A stretch of 64,000 nt of DNA, taken from the NCBI GenBank assembly GCA_964304625.1, contig OZ199838.1:12130524-12194523 (forward strand). Reading direction: 5' to 3'. Positions 53,384 through 64,000 of this stretch are shown here, in pieces. Made by a program: the position numbers and the translations under genes. This DNA is from Kudoa neothunni (taxonomy: Eukaryota > Animalia > Cnidaria). Each line of letters starts with the position of its first letter. Positions within the stretch are counted from its first letter, which is position 1. The notes under the pieces were generated by a model, which did no database searches, was not told the DNA's origin, and saw only the letters and a program-made list of their open reading frames with translations.

Positions 53384-56076
53384 TTATTCGAATTCAACTA
53401 GGATATCCCCTTCAATGACTTTTCCTCCTTCTTGAACATTCACTGACTTGACTTTTCCACTTTTTTCAGAAAGGATAGAATTGTGCATTTTCATTGCCTC
53501 AACTACAGCAATTACATCTCCACTTTGAACCTATATTTGAGAGAAATAATTTGACGAATATTTTTGAGGCAAATACCATTTGACCTTGAGTCACGTAAAC
53601 GTTCCTGACTATTCCTTGCATTGGTGTTATGATAATATTGGCTAAATCATCCACTAATTTTCTTGGAACAGTTTCATGTAGCCTAAATTCGTTCTTTGTA
53701 AGAACTTTGGCTTCAAACTAATATAGAGCTAAGAAATTTTGTATTAATTAATAATCTTTACAATAGTTCCATAGAGTTGAACTCCGTAGATATTATTTTC
53801 TTTTGAAACTTTCTATAATTAATGCTCAGTTAAATTATGTGAATAACAACGAATTTTACGACTTGAAATATAACGGATGTTTCATCAATAATGGCTTGTG
53901 TATAGTAGGAATTCGTGGTCGTAACCTTGAAATTGCAAATGTTGGAACCAACACTCACAGTAAATTCATCAAAACTAGTTATGTTTTCAAGCCGAACAGG
54001 GAATGATTGGTTGTCGTTTAGCATCACATAAAGCAGGCGACCTTGCATTTTTTGTGAGAAATATTTCTCACTTATATCTTATTGAAAACTTAGAACAACA
54101 AATATATAAATTACCCAACATCTGTAAGACATAGATTTCGATAGAAAAAACGTCGTTGATGTTTGAGATAGTTGAAAATAACTGCAGCCACCACATGAAA
54201 TGACTCAGATTCACTGATTTTACGTCCCGTAAAACCATTTGGATATTTTTCTTTAAGATAGTTGGTTGTGAAATCCCCCGCCGCAAAGTCCTTATCGTCC
54301 ATTATATCTCTCAGAAGAGCGATATTATGTTTGACCCCTCGAATAACAAAGTTATCGAGGGCTATTCTCGAAAGTGCCAACGCTTCATTTCTATCCTTTC
54401 CATAACATATCAGCTATTTAATTCAATTTATTGTTTAAATGTTTCATTACAAACAGACATGATTACCTTGGCAATCAAAGAATCGTAAAACATACTTATT
54501 TCACTGCCTTCTCTTATGCCACTGTCAACCCGGACCTAAAATTTTTCTGTTAGTCGGATGAATGATTACAAATGTTGTTGATAAGGCTGAATTGCTAAGC
54601 GTACATTTTCAAGATAGCCACTTGGTTCATTATACTTAATGATTCTCCCAATAGATGGCAGACCAAGATTCTTGTATGGATTCTCGGAGTTGATTCTATT
54701 TTCGATTGCCCAACCATTGATCTGAACATCTTTTTGCGTAATGGGTAACTTTTCACCAGCTGCAACACGAATCATCTGCTCCACAATATCTATTCCAGTG
54801 ATAGCTTCGGTGATGGGATGTTCCACTTGAAGGCGGGTGTTCATTTCCAGGAAATAAAATTTTTTGTGTTTGTCCAGCATAAACTCGACAGTTCCTGCTG
54901 AATAATAATTCGCACATTTGGCCAAATGAACAGCTTGAGCTCCTATAGTTTCCCGCAGTTGATTGTTTAAAGCAGAACTTGGGGCTTCTTCAAGAATTTT
55001 TTGATTTCTTCTTTGAATTGAACATTCTCTCTCATTCAAATGTACAACGTTACCATGGTGATCTCCCACAATTTGAAACTCAATATGACGAGGTACCTCA
55101 ATGAATTTTTCAATAAGTATTCTATCGTCATTGAAACTGGATTTTGCCTCGGCCACACAAAGATGAAATCCCTCTTCCACTTGAGTATCGTCATAGGCAA
55201 TTCGCATACCCTTTCCACCACCGCCTCCGGCAGCCTTAATCATTACAGGATAGCCTATCTGATTGGATATAGTGATAGCATGTTTGGCGTTCTATACGAA
55301 CATTGTATTGATGTGGTTAGGCAAAAAATCAATTACTTCAACAACACCATCGTAACCTGGAACGATATTGACGTTGACTGAGGCGGCGAATCGTTTGCTT
55401 TCAATTTTGTCTCCCATCAGTTGCAGTGCTTCTTTTGAAGGCCCAATAAAATTAATATTATTGGATTGCTAAATTGGGTTTGTTTTAAGAGGTGTCAATT
55501 TAGCGCAAGTACCAGCAACTCTGCGAATGAATATTTTTCAGAGAGAAATCCGTATCCTGGATGTACCTAGATTTTTAAATGATTTTCTTCAAATAAAATT
55601 GATTAAAAACCGCTTGAGCCTTTGTCGATACACAAGCATCTAATATTGCATCCATGTTAAGATAACTTTCAACAGATGGAGCAGGTCCCACACAAACAGC
55701 TTCATTCGCACATTGGGCGAACAACTAAATGATTCATATGAGGAATATTTTATTGACTGCATACACTGTTACTATCAGCTTCGCTATATATTGCCACAGT
55801 TTTTATTCCCAATTTCTCACAAGTTTTCATAATCTAACAACAATATAAGTGAGGTGATTTCACACAATTTTGCTTACTCTTATAGCTATTTCTCCTCTAT
55901 TAGCTATGAGTATTTTGTCAAACAACTACATAAATGAATAACAAGTGTCTTTTACTAAACGAATTATTTACTTTTGGTGAAGTGTGACTAAAGCGTCCAC
56001 AAAATAATTTTAATTTATAATTTGGGAATTTTTGAACAGAAAAAAGCTTTGATAATTGCAAAAACCCGTTCATCAT
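53384..56076 (-). CDS. PCCA: propionyl-CoA carboxylase alpha chain, mitochondrial
   Basis: [67 protein letters not shown], the PCCA-type GLPSIGR..YNEP, and biotinyl EAMKM; N-terminal presequence. Confidence 0.92.
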
Positions 56077-56796
56077 TATTTTGTCAGTACCAACACCACC
56101 AACTCAGTCGATATAATAATATTAAATAATACCTTCGTTTTGCTAAATCAAAGTATCTCATCTTGTTTGAAAAACAAAAATTCGTACTTCTATGGGTTCA
56201 GTTTCGGTTATTTTAGTTAGAATCACAATAAATTGAATTCTTTCCAACAACTAGTCAGGAATCCAAGGCTATTTAAAATAGTTATTCCCTTGGCAATAAA
56301 ATCTTCTTCCGAGGTTAGCTGTAACATGAAAAAGAGTTTTTACGATCGATTCTATTAATATTAAAATATTAACCTAACAACTGAGCATAATAGGACCAAA
56401 ATTCAATTTTTTAACAAAATAATAGTAAATAAAGTATTTTGTGTCGAAAAATATAAAAAATATTGCTAATTATGCAAAAACTGTAATTACCACTAATCAC
56501 CTGAAAATACATGTTCGATTTTTTGAATTACGCACATTTATTTTCGCTTACCAGTATCTATATACAATTCCAAAGTAAGGGTGTGAGTAACTTGGAGGCA
56601 ATGATTGTTACGAATTGTTAATTTTATTTCTAATTTCGTAATTCTGCTTGTAGATGTTGGTTTAATTGAGAAATCTACAAATAAATCATATCTAATTATA
56701 TGCAAGCAGAATAAAACGAGAAATTTGGTTTCAATTGTCCTCTAGTGCATATTAAATTATTGAAAAATTCAATACTAATTCTAGTACTCTTGAAAT

Positions 56797-57031
56797 CAGT
56801 GTTTCCTAATCTTTTTGGGACCACGGATCCTCAACTGGCTAAGCTAAATGAATATAACCCCCAAGCGTATTAATATTAATCGAGTACATTTGTATTTTTA
56901 TTCTAGAATAATGTTTTTAAATTAGGATTTTATTATAGCTAAGAATGTACGAAAGACCAAATTTGTAAGAATAAAAGCTTTCTCATGAACCCATGGGATT
57001 AAATGTAGTCACCCCAGGTTGGGAAACTTAG
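56797..57031. mobile_element. short hAT MITE (same TIR class as 33457-34154)
   Basis: CAGTGTTTCCTAA ... TTGGGAAACTTAG; TSD degenerate. Confidence 0.6.
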
Positions 57032-58320
57032 CTATAGATTATAGAAGGTATTGTTACGCAATAGAAGTATAAATCTTATGAAAAAATTTTAAAATTAACC
57101 ATGAAAATCTAAAAAAATTCATTTTTGAGGTCAAATGAAATTTATTTGTTGCATACATTTATGCCAAAAATATTAAATGCGACTTTAAAGAATGCAATCC
57201 ATTTTAAGACTTTCTAGTCGTTCGTTTTAGCGATTTAAAAGTGTAATTTTAATACTTTTTCAATTATAATAATTATTCATTAAAATGAAATATATCTTAA
57301 TTTTTTGCATATTTATGAATAGAAAATATATTAAAATTCATCAAATGATTTTATTGTTTACCAGGCTTATTTGACCCTTAATTAAGCACGAATCGTACAT
57401 GATATATTTTCGTGAGTTATTCCATTTACGTAGAATTTATAATTGGTGAAGTAGATTTTAAGCATGCTCGATCTTACAGTTTTTTCCTTGACTCAAGGTT
57501 TGAATCCTGAACCCTACTAACAGTTTCCCCGCCTCCTTCCCCAACTGGGACTCACCCGAATAAAATGTCAAACACTTGGAGCAAATTATTAGGTTGTAAT
57601 ATTATCGCTGGTAAGGCCAACCCCCTTAACACCGTAGGCACAACATGACGAGTAATACCTAATTTATTATAATTCTGCGGTAGTATGAGATTTTAATCCA
57701 TTAAACATCCACGTTTTCAAAGAAACCATTATCCCCAGCCCTATCCTATGAGAACTCTGGTTCACCTGAGTTTTCATACCTGTTTTTTAATGGTAAGTTC
57801 ACCCCAAGGATTTAAACGTCTAATTCAATCATCTCCCTTAAATTGAACTACAACTGTATGTAAAATTGCACATTATAGTATAATCTAAGTATTTCAAGAA
57901 TTCCTATCATAGGGAATTAAGATATTAGGCCCTGAAACAACGACTTGATCCACAGCGTGAGTAGAACTCAATACCTTCAGATATAGCGTCCAACTACCAC
58001 ATCACTAAGTTGACTATCCTCATCTATGAATATTGACATGTTTATGTTGAGGACTGGCGATTAAAATAAACACATATTATTTTATTATAGAAACACACAA
58101 GTAGCTTATCAAACAATATAATGATATACATATTTCATTTAATAATTAACACTGTTAATCAGATTGATCAATATTCACGGTCTTTATAAATGATTCAATA
58201 CTATTGTCAAGACGCAAAATATTAAACAATTATAAGTCATCCAAAAGGGTTTTAGGAGGATTATGTGAAGTCTTAAATTTTACATCTAGATAAAAAAACT
58301 AAGATCAACAACAATTAAAT

Positions 58321-59196
58321 TTATTTACCGGATTTAATTTCTTTTTCCAGGAGTAGGTTGAGTTCATTGATCACGTCGAAAGGTTGGTCATGTTTGGCTT
58401 CGATATCGGCAATATTTTTTTCTATCTTTTTATTGACGGAGTTTTTTCCAATTTCGTCGATTTTGGATTCAATTATACCTCTAATTTCACGAAATACAAT
58501 TCGATGAAATTTGGAAGCAATTTTCTCAATACGCTTAGGTTTGTATACAAAAAACCGGACCACCACCCCTGAAAACATAAACCACAGTGTAACCCAAATA
58601 ACGCACCAACCAATAACCCTTGATCGCGCAGTAAGAGACAAGAAATTTTTCCTATATTCAGCTCTTGCACTAAAATCTTCAGGAATAAATCAAAATTAGT
58701 GACTAACACCTAAAATTCGATAAGAAAAAAAATACTTTTTGGAAACGGTGGTGGGCCTAAAAAAATACACGCAAACGAATCCCCCTTCAAAAATGACGCT
58801 CCAAGTGTTATCCCAGCTACGAATGATATCGATAGAATGCCTGGAAATATCTTCATTATAACCTAATTCAGACATTATCAATCTTTAACTATATTAGTAG
58901 TTTAATACTGATTTCAATCCGTATTTGGAGAATTTTCGACCAAAGAATTGTGTGGCCAATGTCAATGCTAACAGCATCACCGAAATGAATGGCCCCAACA
59001 GGGTTACTATCGCATACACTCTTGTTTGCTGATAAGAGCATATTATGCTATCATTTTGAAAGACCGAATCAAGTATTAGTGGTAAAAATGCCATAAGATG
59101 TCCCATAATTTGTTGAATGGGTTTGTCCGCCTCAATCAACGGTTTCCCAATATTATCATTCATAAGCGAAGTTAACTTGGATAGTAACTTAACCAT
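58321..59196 (-). CDS. CALHM/FAM26-like four-TM large-pore channel (3 exons, 256 aa)
   Basis: Exons 59196-58909, 58862-58736 and 58676-58321 splice in frame. TM1-loop ...VFQNDSIICS...YAIVTLLGP (cf. F.C....YG..FL..P), TM3 ASFLKGDSFAC (cf. ALL.G..Y.C), TM4 LTARSRVIGW (cf. L...SQ..GW), then a charged C-terminal helix. Confidence 0.6.
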
Positions 59197-59363
59197 TTTC
59201 CTGTATATTCAAATCCCTCGCAAACACAACTATGACTAACATAAAAGTATTGCTATAGCGGTAAGACGACCAAAAAAGAAACGATAGAAGTTGTTATTGA
59301 CAAATAATGAACAAACAAAAGAGTTAATTCATGATATTAATGATGTAAGTACTAAAATAAGCT

Positions 59364-60405
59364 TTACATAAAATCTTCCTCATTCACAGGATTCTAACAA
59401 CAAATGTAAAGCAACATTAGAATAATTTCACCACAAACTACAACAAATTACTTCATTCGATCTCATTCGATTAGGATCTAATACATGTTCGTATCTTCTT
59501 TTTTCTTCTTCAAGTCGTCGTCTTGATTCCTCACGTAATCTAGTTCTCTCCTGTATACAACAAAAAATAACTCAGAATCCACAGTTTGAGAATTACCGCG
59601 GCCTTGTGGTACGCTATACGTTTGTGTTTGTCTTCTTCATCACGATCCTCACGAGCTGTTTTAAAATCAACTTTGATTTCTTTCCGTGTTTTTATAAGTT
59701 TATTGATCATTTTTGCGTTTTTCGACACAGATTTTAAGGTATTCACCTAGTAGGTGTGGGCAAATTTTCAAACAACATTCAATAAAAATTGTACCAAATT
59801 TAAGTCTTTAAATCCAACCTCACCTGGTTGCATTGTTTTGGTTTTTTCCAAGTTGTTCCATACGGTGTAATTAACGTCTACTTCTCTTTTTTTGCATCCT
59901 TTTCAATACCGATTCTTATATGGCAATCATGTGTCACAGCAAAAACGTACCCTCAGTGCTATTTGCCTTGCATAACGACGCGCACTCCTCGATCAATTCG
60001 TCAGGAATATCATCGTAAGTTTCTCCCTACCAACAATCAGCCCAGTTCATTACCAACCAAAATTTCGACAGATACCGTGTTAAGCCTCAAATAGACATGT
60101 GCTGAAGATAGATCCTTCACGTGAAACCTACAAATAATTGAATCAATGTAATATCACTTTGTGGATAAACAACAAATAAATATATAGATCGATAAAAACT
60201 AGAGTACCATATATCTTCAGGCCAGCCATATTTGATCATTAGATCATCTAATTATGAAAATATTGAATATTTGATATCATGAAGTTGTACTTTCGAATTT
60301 ATCTTTTCCCATGTATATTTTATAACCATCGGCAACTATATGTCGAATCGTAATGGGTTATCAATAAATGAAACACATACTGCAACTGTCGTAGACAAAA
60401 ACCAT
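59364..60405 (-). CDS. CCDC25: coiled-coil domain-containing protein 25 (NFACT-R)
   Basis: MVF...YKIYMGKDKFE..LMIKYGWPEDIW|FHVKDLSSAHVYLRL...LCKANSTEG...YTVWNNLEKT..MQPGEVGF, ending EEDFM*. Confidence 0.93.
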
Positions 60406-61112
60406 TTCAATATTTTATTGGATGTGTGCGCACTGAAAAGTAATTAACAGTCGGGCGGTGAATGTCAGTTGAAATTGCTATCTGTTCCTTTTACCAAACA
60501 ATGGTAACACCATTGTAATTAAATATAATGTTAATTTTACTGTTTACATTATGGATTGTTAGAATTGAATGCACTTTATAGAATGTGACCGAGACATTAT
60601 TTCAAGTTAATTACAAGCAGACTTTAATAAGAAGAGCGATGACATGGCAGTCATTGTTAAGCCTTATAAGAAAGGCGCCTAACTTGAATAATAACATTAT
60701 CAACGCAAGCTTTGTCTCAGTCTATCGGAGACATTTGTTAAATGGTGTTTACATAAAAGGGAGGGCCTTAATATTTAAATTAAAGGTAATTATGGTTGGT
60801 TTCTATTTGGGTATTTGTGTTCGATAAACTCCATCACTAACCCTTCAACACAACCTAATTCGCCAAATATTTTATTTGCGGTCATAAAAAATCTTACAGT
60901 CACTTTTTATGCTCGTTAGATCTATCGTTACATCGATATTTTGTTACCAATTAGTCAATTTATTAATCCAATTATTGTCTATTTCGCCAAATTTAATAAC
61001 TCCACTTGTACCGAACTTATAAGCTTACTCGTATGCATGTTTATTATCTAGGAGATTTCAGCTTAAAATATTTTTATTCTTTGATGACTGATTCGAAATA
61101 CTTTTAAATATA

Positions 61113-62311
61113 CAGTGGGGGGACGGGTCGTGGGTACTAAAACGGGAATTGGGTTCAAGGTGCCCTCGAGCCGTCATGACGCATGTGAACAAAACAGAAT
61201 TTTAATGTGGGTTCTTGCAATTTAGTCCCTTTTGATTATCATTATGTTTGCATGTTTATTCAAAAGTATATTAATAAAAACATATTTTCTTATAACAATG
61301 ATTTAGAGGTTAAATGCGATTAATCTAGTCGATCCTTGACTTTAATTTGTAGAAACAAACCATTCAGGCAACTTGATAATAATACCAATGATTTCTGTCA
61401 AGAAGAATTAAAAAAATAACTGCAATTCACACATCCAATTTTATTACAATCAACATTATTTTTTATTTTAATCATAAGGTTTGGATGATTTTAAATAAAA
61501 AACACGCAGAAAACTATCTTAATGAATTATTATATCTTAAGAAAGTGTTGCGTAACAAAAATATTATTTTCTGACTCAAGAGAAGCAGGAGTAAGAGTTA
61601 ATAATCAAGATAGATTTAATATATATTGATATGCATAAATTTCATAAAATTAATTAATATACTCAATAAAATATAACTACAAGTTTTTATCATACTTATT
61701 AGTTGGATTTTGCTTTGAAAAAGTATTAATATTTTATTGCTAAAGCTCTGACTTTCTTGAATCGTAAATCGTCGTTTCTAGATCTAAGACCGTAGATAAC
61801 ATTTGATAATTTCGTTTTATGAAAAATTTGTGCATTTTTCTCAAATGAATTAGAGCATCATTCATACAAATAGTAAATTTTTTTCATTCTATGCGGTTGT
61901 TTGTAGTTCTTATTTCATATGAGCCTTTATAATGGGTTCTTTATTACCCAAAATCTTATTTAAAGAGGATAGAGATTTTAAGTTAGAATAATTGAGAATT
62001 TTAGTTTTTCTATTTTTTCCATTCGATATTATTTCATAATATGGCATTATATCCACGTTTTCTTTCAAACAACGAAACTAATTGATTCTCTTCAAGTGCC
62101 CCCGAACCCTCATTTGGGCAACTTTATTCTTAAGCTTAGTGCTCTCGAGTCGTAAATTTGAGCTAATTCCAACTTACTGCGAATTAAAACAAAAACTAAG
62201 GTTTTAATTATTCATGATAATTGCTATTCTTTTATTATATCGATTTTAATTAGTAACAATATTGTGTAAGCTATTAAATCATGGAAGATGCGTACGAGCA
62301 GTCACCTACTG
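61113..62311. mobile_element. candidate Tc1/mariner-type non-autonomous element
   Basis: TA|CAGTGGGGGGACGGGTCGT on the left and ACGAGCAGTCACCTACTG|TA on the right form an imperfect ~20-bp TIR with TA TSD. A related end lies at about 26912-26931. Confidence 0.45.
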
Positions 62312-62604
62312 TATTTCTATAATATTTTAAGCCATCAACATCTCATATATAAAATTTGGAAACTGAGGACGATCCTGATTAATCGATTATTCGAATGTAA
62401 TTTAAATATCAGAATACGCTATAATAATTTTTTTAAATTTCGACACGCATGGATGAGAGCGCTCTCGGATTAAGACGATTATGGAAAACGCGACTTTTAA
62501 ATCCGCCGAAATGAGTTTCGATTTTGTGACCTTTGTAAATTTTTCAGAAGGAGTTTCAATTGAGTATTTAAGGGGGTTTTTACTCTAAGATAAACTTCTC
62601 TTAA

Positions 62605-63938
62605 TCTTCCTAGCGTCTGTGGGGTCAATATGACCCCAGACAGCATTCAGTTGTATTATAAACCAACTTGGAAGTCAAATTTATACTTAAAACCTTGATT
62701 ATTTTCCCAAAAATTATTGCTCTTTCTAAATTAAAGATACTGAATGTTATTTGGAAATAAATAAGCTTTGCACGAAAAATACTTGCACTCTCCCTCTTTT
62801 GGGGTCAATGTGTCACCAGTCATTTTTCTCAAAAAAAGCTATTTATACGTTACTCAACTAGTGATTAAATATTTTTAAACAATTCCTCTAATTGAAATTG
62901 AAATTTTGATAAGTAAATACAAAGAAAAACTAAAAATTTAATTTATGATGTTAACGGATAATCGAGGGTGAGGTAAATTTTTAACGATGAGCGATTTTGA
63001 CCAAGATTTATTGTCACATGATGATACTGAGATCCGTGAAATTTATAACGAAATTCATTAATTTAATTTTACATCTGAATCCATTTCTTATGGTGACGAA
63101 ATCGCTGAAAACTACCATGTTGATAAAAATGGAGATAAATGGTCTATTGAAATGCCTAGGATAGCGGAAACCAGAAGTTATACTCCATTATAATCAATAC
63201 AAGGATGATATAGACACAGTCGGCAGGATTATATCTACAGCAAGTGTCAAAAGATACGCAAATCGATGACCAACAGTTGTTTTCTGCAATATGATTGATA
63301 TTAGCTTAATTAACACATTTCACATTTCCAGGAATATTTTCTCAGATTCAAATTTTTAAAACAGTTAGCTGATAGTCTAGTTAAAAATTATATTCGCGAT
63401 GACATTAAATAAGTTGAACAAAACGTTGGGACTGGCGAGCCTCATTCTAGTAGAAAAAGATGTTATCCGTTTGACTATGTTCGAGAAAAAAAAAATAAAA
63501 ACATTAAGTTCCGATTGAAAATTATATTGTGAAAACCACCCAAAACTTATCTGCTACGAATGAATCAATTGATAGGTTTCAAAATAAAATATTGACTTTT
63601 CATTTTTCTTGATAGACGATTGATTTTTTTAACTCGCAAAAATATACCTTATTCTAATTTTATCAAATATTTGACACTTCAAAAATAGGAATGGTCATAC
63701 GACCTAAATTAATCAAATAATGATTTATATACACAATTTGTGTGGTTCGGTATTATTCGCCTAGTCTCGTAGCCGCTATTTTTAGCCATTACTCCCAAGT
63801 TAATGATTAGATTTAAATGTAATCCGCATAAAACATCATAAAATATTTTATTTCACGATTATAGGCAAAAAAATATCTGGAGTCATATTAAGCCCAAAAG
63901 AAGGAAAGCGTATTGTCGATTTTGGAGCGCTCGGAAGA
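62605..63938 (+). mobile_element. internally deleted piggyBac transposon
   Basis: TTAA|TCTTCCTAGCG ... CGCTCGGAAGA|TTAA termini; subterminal GGGGTCAATATGACCCCAGA with a degenerate inverted copy; transposase relic YNQYKDDIDTV...SVKRYANR*PTVVFCNMIDISLINTF (cf. YN..KGGVD...RWP..F..M.D...NA). Confidence 0.85.
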
Positions 63939-64000
63939 TTAAATGTGAAACATGCGGTGGGTATATTACCATCGTTAAGAAGAGGAACAACACGATGTAC

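Noticed and set aside
58696-58881. ORF-track peptide MIMSELGYNEDISRH... as part of the membrane protein
   Set aside because: Wrong frame; the splice-compatible frame gives VIMKIFPGILSISFVAGITLGASFLKGDSFAC.
1-64000. Non-standard genetic code or non-canonical introns as the reason for fragmented ORFs
   Set aside because: The conserved genes I traced splice with GT-AG introns and contain no in-frame stops in exons; TAA and TAG terminate genes and Trp is TGG.
1-64000. CRISPR array, prokaryotic operon or telomeric array
   Set aside because: There is no regularly spaced repeat-spacer structure and no tandem TTAGGG, and the gene content is intron-rich and eukaryotic.

Overview
AT-rich eukaryotic (metazoan-type) genomic window with a compact gene architecture: GT-AG introns are mostly about 35-70 nt, and the standard genetic code is used. 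The fast-evolving proteins and tiny introns resemble a reduced parasite such as a myxozoan, but that is inference. Manually spliced genes: GCN2/EIF2AK4 (5' end outside the window), a STARD7/PCTP-like START protein, an orphan multi-exon gene, TIA-1/TIAR, phosphorylase kinase beta, Angel (EEP family), HDAC1/2, propionyl-CoA carboxylase alpha, a CALHM-like four-TM channel and CCDC25. Intergenic DNA and the long introns are filled with DNA-transposon remnants (hAT, piggyBac, Mutator, Merlin, pogo/Tigger, Tc1-like). There is one very young, compact (4.16 kb) Ty3/gypsy LTR retrotransposon with identical 117-bp LTRs, a 5-bp TSD and a clear -1 frameshift cassette (G GGA AAC plus an H-type pseudoknot). 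The most notable oddities are a GCN2 whose tRNA-sensing HisRS-like motifs look eroded, a PHKB with no C-terminal CaaX, a divergent CALHM gene only 167 bp downstream of CCDC25, and a ~205-nt structured Pol III-like element. Several single-base frameshifts fall in homopolymer runs and are probably consensus errors. I found no unambiguous new multi-gene system; the candidates below are graded accordingly.
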